Assembly: GCA_043228905.1 (NCBI GenBank)
Contig: JBHGNT010000005.1
Coordinates: forward strand, 7,874,001-7,938,000
Direction: 5' to 3'
From: Azolla caroliniana
Taxonomy: Eukaryota; Plantae; Polypodiophyta
DNA: 64,000 bases
Shown here: positions 11,525 through 24,237 of the stretch, in pieces
Layout of the letters: every line of letters begins with the position of its first letter
Numbering within the stretch: position 1 is the stretch's first letter
The notes under the pieces: model-generated
Databases searched by the model: none
Seen by the model: only the letters and a program-made list of their open reading frames with translations
What the model was told of the DNA's origin: nothing
Translations under genes and position numbers: made by a program

Positions 11525-13585
11525 TCATATCAGTTGTTGTAAATGCAATCTCTCTTCATCTTCATCACTCAACTTCTTTTTTCCTGCAAAGATGTTATAG
11601 AGTAGCACGTGAGCGGCCATATTTTCTGAACCTACATTGAGCATCTGATCAGCGAATCGCTCGGCAAGGTCCACGTCTGCATGACTTTTACATGCACTCA
11701 AAAAGCTCATTAAAACTACCAAATTTGGTTGGAATGGTATTCTATTAAGAAAGTATGCAGCCTTATGCAAACACCCAACACGACCCAACAGATCTACCAT
11801 AGAGGCATAGTGGTGCACAGAAGGCATTATATTGTAACTTTGCAATGCATGAAAGAGATAATAACAGGCTTCACAAACCAACCCTGCATGCCTGCAAGCA
11901 CTGAGAATACTACTTATGGTAAATTCATCTGGTTTGAGACCGTCCTCTTCCATTTGTTGGGATAGCTCAAACACATCATTACCATTACCATGGTCAGCAC
12001 AACATCCAATCATCACATTCCATGTAACGGCATCTCGTTTCGATATACCATTGAAAACAGAACGTGCATCCATAAGGCTACCACATCTAGAATACATGTC
12101 AATGAGTGCATTAGAGATGTTTAAATCAGATTGAAAGCCCTCCCATATAATCTCGGCATGTATTTCTTGACCTAGTTCCACATTGAGAAGGCCAGCACAT
12201 GCACCGATAACTGTTCCAAAGGTGATATGGTTGGGGCAAATACCTTCTATTTGCATTTGTGAGAAGAACTCTAATGCGCTCTCGTGGTGTCCATGTTGTA
12301 CATACCCTTGAATCATTGCTGTCCAGGACAGGACATCTTTCTTTGGCATTTGATTGAACAGCTCCCATGCTTCTTCATTGGTTCTTTGATTCACATGCCC
12401 GGAAATCATGGATGTCCATGATGCCTCATCCCGGGTCTCCATCTGATCAAACAACTTGTGAGCTTCCTCCATACACCCACATTTCGCATACATATCAAGA
12501 AGTGCATTAACTACTGGAATCTCTGTCTCTAATCTGGTGTTTTTTATCTCCTCATGTATGAGCCTCCCAAGAGACAAATCTCCCCAGCTAGAACAAACAC
12601 TGAGAACACAGCTATAGGTAAACTGGTCAGGTTCAAAACCCTCGAGCTTCATCTTGTGGAAATGTTTAAACACTTCATCATCGTTATCATGTTGGGCAAA
12701 GGCAGTAATCATGGCATTCCAAGAGACAAGGTCTCTCTTGGGCATGTGAATGAAGAGCCTACGAGCAATCTCCAGATTGCCACACTTGGCATACATGTCA
12801 AGGAGAGCATTTCCGATGAATAGGCAGTTCTGGTAAAAAGTTTGGGCAAGACAAGCATGTATTCGTTTGCCTGCTTCTATGCATGGTATGTTTGCACATG
12901 CATTGACGATGATGTTGTATGTATAGTGATTCGGCATCATACCCTCCACATGCATTCGAGCAAACATATCCATAGCTTCATGGCAAAGCTCATGTTTGAC
13001 ATAGCCAGATATTATGATAGTCCATGAGACAACATCCTTGAGGGGTGAATTCTTGAAAACATTCTCTGTGTTCTCCAATGTATAGCAATTTGAATACATT
13101 CGAACAAGGGCAGTACTAACAATGACATGTGAGTCCCATCCAAACTCGACAATAACGAAATGTATCATTTTGCCATGAGAGAGGAAAGTAGAGCTACAAC
13201 AAGCAGAAAGAAGGCTAACAAACGTCACCTGGTTGGGTCTGATACCATCTTGCTCCATGGAATAGAAGAGATCAAATGCTTTCTCACCATAGCCATGGTG
13301 TGAGAGGCCAGATATCATGGTTGTCCAAGAGACCACATTCTTCTTCGGGATGTGATTAAACAAGGAGAAAGCTTCGGAGAGAGCTCCACATGTTGCATAA
13401 ACACTGAGGAGGTTATTGGTCAAGAAAAGCTCTGTTTCCAGGCCTTTCCTGATGGCAAGGTCATGAAGGATTTGGCTCGATGAGAGGGCGTGAGGAGCAG
13501 GGAGCGATGGGCGATGATGGAGGGATGTCAGAGCCCCCATGAATTGCCTCACCTCCCATTTCCTGTTGCCCTCGATCACAACCAT
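11525..13585 (-). CDS. PLS-class pentatricopeptide repeat protein with E1/partial E2 extension and no DYW domain (organellar RNA-editing factor type)
   Basis: 686-aa intronless ORF with repeated P-L-S motifs (NALLDMYAKCG, DVVSWTAMI, PNQVTFVSLLSAC), terminal HYASMVDLLGRVG and E-motif-like SFLSACKSHAD...AHVLLYNIFA. Confidence 0.95.
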   Translation of the reverse strand: MVVIEGNRKWEVRQFMGALTSLHHRPSLPAPHALSSSQILHDLAIRKGLETELFLTNNLLSVYATCGALSEAFSLFNHIPKKNVVSWTTMISGLSHHGYGEKAFDLFYSMEQDGIRPNQVTFVSLLSACCSSTFLSHGKMIHFVIVEFGWDSHVIVSTALVRMYSNCYTLENTENVFKNSPLKDVVSWTIIISGYVKHELCHEAMDMFARMHVEGMMPNHYTYNIIVNACANIPCIEAGKRIHACLAQTFYQNCLFIGNALLDMYAKCGNLEIARRLFIHMPKRDLVSWNAMITAFAQHDNDDEVFKHFHKMKLEGFEPDQFTYSCVLSVCSSWGDLSLGRLIHEEIKNTRLETEIPVVNALLDMYAKCGCMEEAHKLFDQMETRDEASWTSMISGHVNQRTNEEAWELFNQMPKKDVLSWTAMIQGYVQHGHHESALEFFSQMQIEGICPNHITFGTVIGACAGLLNVELGQEIHAEIIWEGFQSDLNISNALIDMYSRCGSLMDARSVFNGISKRDAVTWNVMIGCCADHGNGNDVFELSQQMEEDGLKPDEFTISSILSACRHAGLVCEACYYLFHALQSYNIMPSVHHYASMVDLLGRVGCLHKAAYFLNRIPFQPNLVVLMSFLSACKSHADVDLAERFADQMLNVGSENMAAHVLLYNIFAGKKKLSDEDEERLHLQQLI

Positions 13586-13670
13586 GTATCTATCGATCTT
13601 CTACATCTTCTCCACCATAGCTCTCCACGACAAGTGTGAGTTACAAGAGTCTAGGAAGAAGATGGTTCTC

Positions 13671-13850
13671 TAGGAATCTATCTGCAACGGTTCGGTTTCG
13701 GCTTAACCGGTTTTGTCCCAAAACGGTTTGGTTCGGCTTGAGCCATACCAAAACCGAGCTCAAACTAGTTAAGGAAGCTCAAACCTGAACCGAACCTCCA
13801 ACGGTTTAACAGCTTGGTTCAGGCCTGAGCCAAGCCATTGCCGACTCCTA
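13671..13850. mobile_element. Small MITE-like element (hAT-type termini) just upstream of the PPR gene
   Basis: Imperfect TIRs: TAGGAatc..tGCAAcGG on the left versus ccattgccgactccta on the right (rc TAGGAgtcgGCAAtGG). Internal cggtt/aaccg repeats are typical of such MITEs. No TSD found. Confidence 0.5.
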
Positions 13851-13852
13851 AT

Positions 13853-13900
13853 CCTAGTGGTAAGCTACAGGCCTACTAAGGTCATAGGTTCGAATCCCGA
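13853..13900 (+). other. tRNA-like Pol III promoter fragment (possible SINE head)
   Basis: A-box-like CCTAGTGGTAAG and canonical B-box GGTTCGAATCC (13887-13897); no complete cloverleaf. Confidence 0.45.
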
Positions 13901-15088
13901 CTAATCCATCGTGGTATACATAGCTTTATTCGAAGAGGTTTCCAACCCCAACACGTTCACCTCCACCTCACAACCAATAACATATCGACATCTCACATGG
14001 CTTTTGGATTGAGTGTAAGAGAATGGCAATATGACCCAATGGATTTGAGCATGAGAGAATGAGATGACTTGGGTTGTTTCAATGGGCTTGTGAAGCCTTT
14101 GCAATGCCCTAGGTATGAAGTTGGTTCTAGCGAAGATGACGTGGTTTTGTGAAATGGGGGGTGCAATCGAATAATAAGTAGGGGGAAGAGGGGTCTGATG
14201 TGGGTATAAACACGAGGGGTGAGCAATTCAGAATCTAGAGTTTTTATGTGGGGAGCAATGCATTTGTGAAGAGAGGGATCACATGATCCCCTATGGTATG
14301 TAAGGATGTATAGAGGCACAACGGTTCCTTTTCAGGAGTATAAGAGTAATATATAGTCAGGGAACAATGCGGGAGGTGTATGATGTCAAAAGAGAGATCC
14401 ACCAATCTTGGTGAGGTCCTTTGGCACATTTGAGATATGTGAGAGGTAGAGATGACCATGGCATGCTACATTTTAGATGTGGGGACGAAAATGTTCATTT
14501 TTAAAAGTGTTTCTTCTCAACAAAAGAGTTATTGTGACCGCCCCTGATAGGTCATATGAGAAAGATGGTGAAATCTTGGATTTGGGTTTTATTGACAATG
14601 TAAATTCATACATGATAAGGCCATTGTAGGTTGTATTTACTACCAGAAGGATAAACTTGAAGTGAGATGCATAAACTTTTAGTAATAACTTCATAAATGT
14701 ATTTGTAGAATGTCATTTTACTTCGATGTCTTTATTTAGATTCCATCGTAGTTTCATTTACTCTAGTGGAAGGAAGCAGGGGTTACATGTAGAATACCAC
14801 ATCTCTTCATCTTACTCGATATGTTTTTTCATATCCATTTTTTCTTCATTGCTTTAGATCATGTAGTTTGGTATTAAATGCAATAAAGATATGGCTACCA
14901 TGGGGAGAAGTCATCAAACATCTTCGTTTGTTTCAAAAGCATATATTGCAAAATTGTGAAAAGTGTTGGAAAGTGATTGAATCTTCTTCATTCAATATCA
15001 AATTCATATACTCTATGGGGCTCACAATCTTCTATGTGATTTGTTTGCGGGATTTCTTTCTTAAAGTATCAAGTTCTTTTAGCAAACT

Positions 15089-17559
15089 CTAAAATGATGA
15101 AGACCTTGTGAGAGTGGGTTGCACCTTCTTTTCCTCGTCCAAGGAAATTATGCCCAAGTGAGACGGATTCTCAAGCATCATCTTTGCCACAAGATATCCT
15201 GTAATAGACCATGTTTGCATTCGTCGTGCTTGTTTACCAACATAGCAACCAAGTTTCCCATCGTAGTATTCAGGCCAATTATCTTTAGAAAGCCTCTTTT
15301 CTGCAAGCTCAATTGCCCTCCTTGCCAATTGTGGGCGACCAGTCTTTATGCATGTTGCTGTAAACAACCAAAGAAGCACTACGTGGTACACACATACATA
15401 CAACAATAAGAACCAATAAATAATCACATGAGCAAAATTGCATATATTATAAGTGAAGGATTGACATCTTTTACCTGGCCAAGATCCTCCATTATGGTAA
15501 CTCCATCTAGTGTTCTTGGGATCGCATCCTGTGACAATCCTCCATTCATGATTCTCCAATGCAGGATAAGACAACTTAAGAGGCATCTCTCCAATGAGAT
15601 TTTCCCATCTTTCTTCAAAGAGGTCCATTATAGCAACCTCTTGTTGTCGAGTCGCTAGCGATGAAAGAATTGCAATACAATTACCAAGGCAGAACCACCT
15701 AAAATCTTTACGAGATGGACCAACATTCGCGATAAAGTAACCGCCTTTCATGGGTATGAAATCAAAAACCCAATCCGGTAACGAGTCGGGGATTACATTA
15801 AATTTGTTGACTGCGGTGTGAGAGTACTCCTCTGTCTTGTATCGATAAATTTCATTGAACTTAGGAAAATCTAGCCAAAAGTATTCTCGCATGTGAAACC
15901 TCAATGCATCAAGACGTTTGTCGATGCGTGCTTTAAACTCCACACAATCTCCATCATGTTTTGGGAGTAGGGATCGAGCACATCTTAAGGCGAAGAAGAA
16001 AAGGGTTTGTATTTCCACATGATACCCATAAATTCCCTACATGGTGCGAAACATCATCATTACGGAAGAAACATTGTCGGCAAAACCAACTTATTCGTTG
16101 CCGAAACGATCATAAAGAAGAGTGTAGACAACTTTACCATTCTCCGGTCGACCATGCAACATCCATCGGCACATAGGAGGGTTGGGAAGGTATTGAAGCC
16201 CTCGGCAAGGCATAATGAGAGGATGAGACGCATGCCATGTTGGAAGTCAGGCCTTTGGGCCAATGAGTGGTCTCCGGTGGACTTGGTATATGCTCTCAAG
16301 AGTATTATCCACCAAAACCCCGAGTCCACGGGAGCTACCCTACCAATGGCACTGCCCCCGAAATCCCCGACCATAGTCTCGGTATTTCGGTCCTTGTCAC
16401 GAAGAACTTTGAAACATGCCGGCATCATGCCGGCGCCCAACGTGAAATTGTCGATCCTTTTCGTTAGTGCCTGGAGCCGGAGTGTTTTGATGAGGAAATT
16501 CTTGACTATGTCGGGCTCCCCATTCATTAGGAATGCCAGTCCACTCGGGAAGAAATCTCTCACAAACACCTTTAAGCAATGTTCAGTTTTTTTAAAGGCA
16601 TTTGCATTCATAATAACCCCAAACTTAATGCTAGTAGCTCTTCTCCCAAGAAACTATATGTATAGCAAGCCTTTCTTAAGACAAAAACCATAAGGTTCGA
16701 AGCTTGATATAGAAGTAATGATAGAAGAAACATACAGGAACCACCTATACTTCATTACAATCCTAAGGAAATTCCCCAAACAAAAGACCTCAAAATCTTG
16801 AGATTAACCTCAGGGCTCGGATCTGAGGTGATTCGATATTGGTTGGATTTTATTTGGCCTTTAAGTGTTCTTCTATGTGGGCAGTTACTGGTAGTAACTG
16901 TTGATTACGCATAATTAGCACTCAATCGGACCACGATTAGTCATAATAATCGGATTGTACCCTTTCATCACTGACATTACACCATAATGTTTTTCAATTT
17001 TGGATTGCTTAGGAGAATTTTTCCTCAAATTACTAATGGTACTTTGGTAATGATCTTTCTTGAAACATAGATATATATATATACACATAGATACCTGATT
17101 ATAGTTGAGAGTGTCCTTGGTAGGGTCCAATGCAGCAATAGTCCCAACAGGAGCACCCTGGAAATAAACCAAAGACCTTCTGAGAGATTCCCATGCATCG
17201 ACCAAAATCGGGCAACGTGGAGACCGTAATATCGTGGCCGAACGTAGTGGTGTGAGAATGGATGTTGAATGAATGTTAAGGTGAGAGACTTGTGAGATGG
17301 CAAGGCCTCTACTATGACTATGATCAACTTCAATGACTCCCTCTACCGCGTAGGATCTTCGGGTCTTTAGAGAACTAGGTGTCCCAGAAGTACATGAATC
17401 CCAAACAACTTTGTTAACCTCATTAATCTGTCCATTTCTATCACCACTGTTATCATCATTGTCATTGTTGTTGATGTTATTATTATCATTATTATTATTA
17501 AAGACCTTGATGAAATCTGACTCCAAAGAAGATTTGGGGAGATCCATTGCTGGTTGCAT
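15089..17559 (-). CDS. CINV: Alkaline/neutral invertase (GH100, cytosolic type), 4 exons: 17559-17095, 16569-16138, 16036-15475, 15378-15089
   Basis: GT-AG introns join in frame to give LNYNQ|[33 protein letters not shown]|[19 protein letters not shown]|VLLW and WPEYYDGK, all conserved GH100 motifs. The start ATG is inferred. Confidence 0.93.
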
Positions 17560-19333
17560 TTTGTTTTTACTAGACCCCAACAAAATCTGCACAAGCCTAT
17601 GCTAGGTTCTCTCTCCCTCTTATTGGTTGAGATCTTCTAGGGAACTTTCATAGTTTGATTTAATGGTACATCCATATACCTACATATATGCATACATACA
17701 TGAATACATATACCTGTATGTCCGTATCTAGACCAAATTCTTTAGTTACTTTATGGGTGGATAGGGGGAATCAAGCTTTGCATCATCTCCTTGTTGCTAA
17801 TGCATATATATAAAGATAGATCCCACCAAACAAATGCTAAAATATGCCATCAATTATGAAACATGTGTTTATAAGAATTACCAAGGATCAATAATCTTAT
17901 ATGAGGACTGCTTTCTTTAAGATGAAACTTGTTAAGGAATCTTAACCTTCCAGAAAAATATTTAATATCAACTTTCCACTTGATAAGCATCAAACATTTT
18001 AATAAGTGACACTTTCAAATGTTTATGGTAATACGGGATTGAAAATCTTAGAGTGCAATTAATGTTGTATCAAACCATTCTTCCGACAAAAATATTCATG
18101 ACTTTTCCGAGCAACACATGTGTGAGAATACTTTTGCATCATGCAAAAGCTATATCACAAACTTGACTTTCTCTTCATTAAAGATGAAGAATTTCCATTA
18201 AATATGTGCGTAAGTATATGAATGTGGACACCTATCATTTAGAATCCATGTGGTGATAAGATTGTTGTTTCTTTGATGAAGAGTACCCACTACTATGCAT
18301 ATCTACATATTTGCAACGATGCGAAGATTTCCTTAATTATACAAAGCTTTACATTTGTTTTCTATCCTTGACATATAAAGATTATCAATCCACGAGGGGC
18401 ATCTTTTCGAAGCTTGTAATATATCATTAACTTTAACAATGCATTGGAATCCCTTTAAAGTTACAGATTCCATCAATTATTCAACCATCATCAAGAGTAA
18501 ATAACGGTTTACTTCCTATGGCAAAGACTAACTACCGTTTATAATATAATGTCTACCTTAAAGATCTATAATGAGATTAACCATGCAAAATCAAGATTTG
18601 ATTGGATTTTACTTTGTGTGTTAGATTGTGCAAATCTAATTACAGCACGAGTTATGTGTTTTCAATTGAATCATAATCTTTACCTTTATAATGATTTTTC
18701 ATTGTGTAATGAAAACGTCATATTGAAAAATAAACCAGATGTTCTAGCTCTCTACGAGAAAAGGCTGATATCAATAGATTACGAAAACTGCACTTAATGC
18801 AAATGACGCGTGAAACTGGTACTATCAGTAACCCTAAAAGAAACTCAACTCTTGCTTCCCGAAGGGTAGAATTAAAGAATCATAATGAAGCTGAGCACTT
18901 TGATTTCAATGAAGTATTGAACACGAGTGCCATCAGTAAACTGTGACGAATTGATTTCAGTTAGAACAGATAGGGGAAGGAGTCAAAATGATATGTATTC
19001 AAAATGTTACAAGTTGGAAACTCATCATGAGGATTTTTCAGTAATTTAATTTGGATCATATGGTTACAAGAGTCTGTTAATGAAAGATACACCAAACATC
19101 TGAGGTACAAAGCATTGCCTGAGCTTATGTGATATTTGACTGTGGACCTTATAAACTAGTATTGTAACAAAACATGATGGTGATAATGATGACAATGACG
19201 CATTGCCTATACATGTGAGGGTACGATGAAGACAACATCATTATTGTTATAGATAACCCTACAATGGCTTTGTGACAACAAACATAACAAAGTAACATCG
19301 CTAGCTACACTTTGAAACATAAAGAACTCACTT

Positions 19334-22300
19334 TCACTCTTCAGAAGCCTTATGATATGATGTTTCTGGTTCTTTGGGTGTACTCTGACCCGAAATGCTT
19401 CCCCCATTTCCACCTCTGGGAGCAAGATGCATACCATCAGGGCTTGATCCATCCGATCGAGTGCCCCCAATACCTCTACTACTTATCTGGAAATCCTCTC
19501 CGCCGTTTGCTGTCCGGTTATTATAGTCTGGAAATGCCCCATTGCTAAGTGAATTATTATTATTATTTACACCTGAACTCGATCCAGAATGGATGTTGCC
19601 AAGTCCATTGCTGCCTCCAGCATTCAAAGCATGATGAGCTGGTACACTTTGCTGTTGCTGATGCATAGATAAAAGGGATGGCTGTGAATATTGAAGAGGA
19701 TTCCGAGAAGCCATGAGAGCTTGCTGCTGCTGCTGAGCGTGTTGATAAGCATTGTAATTCACTTCTCCAGGCATTGTGCTTCCACTAGAATGAACCTGTC
19801 CCAATATATTGTTTTAGAGTTTGTGATGGGCATAGCCTTTAATAAGTTTACTACATACAGTTTATCTATTGTAACAGGCATATATAACATTGATGGAGCG
19901 TACAAAATAGCATAATGTTCTATGCTCCTGAGATAGCTAAATATCTACCTGTTGAGGGACTGGAACTGGCTGAGGTTGAGAATCTGCAATGGCAGCCAAA
20001 TACATAAGATTTGCTTGTAATCTTGCCTGGTATCTGCAAGTAGTGTCAACATGTCTTTTTGGCAGTCCATCATAGGATGATAAATATAAATATTTTCATG
20101 AATTCCCAGCTATGGAAAAGTTGCAAACTCCCCATACCACAAAAAAATTTATTTCTTCCAGAAATGGTCCAATCTAAGATTTATCCAATCAAATTTTCAT
20201 ATCACACGATGCAACCCAGCAATTAATCACTTTCATAAACATTCCATTCGTGCTATAAACTCCTCGATTATACTTTCAGGTTCAGGTTACATAATAAGTC
20301 ATCCAAATTATTGAACTTGCACACTTTACATGATTATTCTGTCTCAAGGGGAGCCAATCTTACAAAGGAAGTCCACCACTGCCATCATTGTAGGCGTACT
20401 GCCACAAGATCTCTTGATATTGGTGGAAAAAGATTACACAATCAGAGTATGTCACATTTTCACCAAATCAAGCTTTATATGCCTAATTCATTGGGATTGT
20501 GGCAACCTCCATCTTTGTTAATTAACTAGCAGGCTTTTCAAAACAGAAGTTTAAATTTTATTGTGAAATGAAAAAAATATAAGAAGGACATTGTGTATCT
20601 CCTGTGTATTGTGATCTCCAAATAATTGACGTTAGAAACAATGGAAATCTTATGTTTTATGGTTTCATTACATGCAACGCTATATGTTTTGCATTTTAGA
20701 AGAATGTATAACCAGATAAGATCTCTTCATATTGGGGAAAATATGTTATGTGATAAATCTGTGCCATAGTCACACTATATGCCACTTATAAAATTAATTT
20801 CCTCATGGAATCCAGAGGAAGAGTGACTATCTCATGAACTTGCCCATTTGCAGATAAAATATTGTTGTTTCATTGTTCTATCCAATGACTTCTCAGTGGC
20901 TAATGGGTAAGGACTGTAAATCTTTCACCTGTGTGAGGATGTCACTACCATTACTACTAGATCAATTTCCCCATTAATTAACACATGACTTCTTAAGAGG
21001 AAAAAAACCACAAATTTATGGTAATGCATATTCAAATCATCTTAAGATGTTTAAATATATTAAGAAGAATACAACGAACATGTTATGATTTTTGCGAAAT
21101 AATAGAAGACAGTAAAACAAAAATGTATTCAATCATAACAAGGAAAAGTAAAATTCATACACTTACGCAGCACACTCATTCATTTTGCCAAGGTTTTGAT
21201 TGTCAAGTATGGCAAGGATAAGTTGTTTATTTTCATCCAAATACTGCCAAAAATAGTCAATAGTGAGGCACTGAGACTTGAGATCCATCTTTTTTTTCCC
21301 TTCACTCTAGCATTAGAGATGATAATATCAACATACAAATAGCAGAAGCGAACTAAGAAACCTTCACATTTGTGTACAACATACAACCATAAAAGTGTGA
21401 ATAAGGAAAAGTTTTACGTGAAAATTCACCATTAACATTCAACCTTTGTTCCTTAGAAAGCACATATATTAGTAACTCAAAATGCTTCAACAATATTGCT
21501 GGTAAACATATGTCGGGTTAAAAACAAGTCATATTGTAGTAACTAACAGAAAGCCTGATCTTTCATAAATTAACAACCCTATACTCACAAAGGAGATCCA
21601 AATGGTCATTGTTTTTTGCCTAGTTAAATACTCAGGCACTAGCAAATGATGGTAGACAAAAGTGCTACTGCTGCAAGCATTAGAGATACACAGAATTATT
21701 TGATTTTTTAGTTTTCTTGACAATGATTTTACAAATGCCGAGTATTTCTACATTTGGAGTCACACATGTGCTTACATTGTACGCATTAGAGACACATAAA
21801 CCAATTCAAGGGATTTCACAAAATTATTCTCCTTTCTTGATATCCGTTTTGCCGATAAGTATACATGCTGAGTTTATCAATATTTGAGGAATATATGTTT
21901 CAAAATGTAATATTCCTTGCAAGACTACATATGATAAATATCCAAAAAAACATTTTTATAGCAAAAGATGTACAGCATTCCTTTGCATTTAGAAAAAATA
22001 TGAAGGACATACATATAAGTTTGCAGATTCAAAAAGTATGCTTGCTTGGTTTCCACATTATCCATGCATGTTTGCATGAAGTTGAGATCTAACCAAATGC
22101 ACATATTTTTACAATACTACAGACTTTATAGAATAAAAATATCTGTGTGAGGTTCTGAAGGTTAATTTATAATAATTAGAAAATGAGTTATGCTAATTAC
22201 AAGTTATCATTACTAGTTGCTCAATAATTAGATTGTGAGAAAGTCCTGAAAGCTTAAATGAGAAAATTAATTTGATCAGCATGCATATAATTAGAAAATG

Positions 22301-23838
22301 TCCATCTCCTAAAGTTTACGCTGGGAAGATAACTCTATTCTATGTTGCTTATGAAATTCCTTAATTATGAGCTTAATATTAATTTAATGTGATGAGGAAC
22401 CTCAAGTTTGAGTGTAATTTGGAATAACTTTCCTTCTCCTTGCTACTTCCCAACTAAATCTACCTTAAACTTATTATAAGGTGATGAAAATAGTTTGAGT
22501 TCGAAAGTTTTTTACATTTAAAATTTTTTTAAATATTTTGCAACCTTGTTTTCATGGCTCTAAAAGTTTTTATCAAATTTGTTCTCTCTAAAGATACTAA
22601 ATTTCTAATATTTTGGATTTCCACGTGCATGAATGACCAGTCACCGTTCTATATCTATTAGATTCCTACAAAAACTTCGATGTTCACGAGAATTGAGAAT
22701 CTGAAGAGCATTAACCAAATCAAATCTCTCTATTTTAGATAGAATCTGAAACTTCTTACTTTTAACTGATCCAGTTTGCTCACTTTGATACCCTGATATA
22801 ATAGTTTGAACTTTAAACCCTTTCATTCATAATGCCAGTGAATGAGAGGGAGATGTCTTTTACTCCCATAAATTTTCAAGGGAAGGTGACTATATCACTC
22901 CCTATGAGCACAGATTTGGAAGAAATTGGAATACTTCCTTGTAAACATACCATTTTATGCAGTTCACAGGGAAACCAATAATGAACTTCATGTGTGAAAT
23001 TTGAGAACAAATCCATCAAACTTAGGGATATAAAACTTACCTTAAATAGGCAAAATATATAGGTTAAATACAATAATAGTGTAAAAATGCAACATCACCA
23101 AGATAAGGGTATGAAACACAAGATTAGAGTTCAAAAAAGTAACAGATCCAGGATTAGGATATAAAATACAATACCGAGCTCTAAAATTGCAACATATCCG
23201 AAATTAGGATATAAAGTACTATGACATTAATGTTGAAGAACGTAACATATCCCATATTACCGCATCAAAATATAATATTAGTGTGGAAAAAGTAATGGAT
23301 CCAAGATTAGAGCACAGAGTACAAGATTAGGGTACAAAAGCAGTATATCCAGGACCAATGTAAGCAGAAAAAGAAGCATATCTGGGATCTAATTTGAAGA
23401 GGGAAAGAAATTCGGCTATAAAATATCACTGAGGGGAAATAGCAAATCCAAGATTAGGGTATAGATAGAACAATTACGAGTGTACAAATAAAGCAGCATA
23501 TATTAGATCGAGACATTAGTTACTGTTCGCAAAGAGAACAAAGAAAAAAAAGCACTACATACATGATTAAGGAGCAAAGTAGAGTTTATAGATAATATTA
23601 AAAAACAAGCAGAAACAAAAGCAATATATACTGAGGGATTTAGGTTGAAGGTTTTTGAGACATAAAAAAGGCGGGGTAGAATGAGAAGCCCCATATCTAA
23701 AGGAGAGGAATGGAAAAGAACGAAAGAGAGAGAGAGAGAGAGAGAGGAATTGTTGCATACCTTCTGAATGATCTCTGTGGTGACGTTATGTGAAGGGTAG
23801 GTCCCCAAGTGGGGTTGCATCATCAGATGTTGCTGCAT
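19334..23838 (-). CDS. GIF: GRF-interacting factor (GIF/AN3, SSXT/SNH domain), 4 exons: 23838-23761, 21243-21167, 20033-19949, 19795-19334
   Basis: Spliced product MQQHLMMQPHLGTYPSHNVTTEIIQK|YLDENKQLILAILDNQNLGKMNECA|AYQARLQANLMYLAAIADSQP...|Q/G-rich tail. All junctions are GT-AG with matching phases (78, 77 and 85 nt exons). Confidence 0.93.
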
Positions 23839-24059
23839 GATATACATATGTATCAAATCTCACTGTCTCTTCTGTCTATTTCTAGTTATGTGGATGTATG
23901 TATGTATGATTATACGTACGTATGTAATTGCACATATACTTAATTTCTCTGCGAATTCACCACTTCGAAAAAGGAAAGGGGGGGGGGGGGGTCCAAAAAG
24001 ATCAGGACAAAACGAGAAAGAATATAAACACAGGCAGGCAGGAAAGAGTTTGTAAAGCC

Positions 24060-24060
<1 letters not shown>

Positions 24061-24098
<38 letters not shown>

Positions 24099-24230
24099 TT
24101 TTCTAGGTTTTCCTTTGTTTCTTCTTCTTCATTGCATGTGATGTAAATCATATCATACATATGTTTGTTTGTTTGTTTGTTTGTTTGTTTGTTTGTTTGT
24201 TTGTTTGTTTGTTGTGTGTGTGTGTGTGTC
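24061..24230. repeat. (AG)n, (TTTG)n and (TG)n microsatellites upstream of GIF
   Basis: Directly visible. Confidence 0.95.
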
Positions 24231-24237
24231 ACTGTGT

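Noticed and set aside
16007-16693. 228-aa plus-strand ORF (similarly 48100-48729 and 54229-54975)
   Set aside because: Antisense or alternative-frame shadows of the invertase, OPR and Copia coding sequences.
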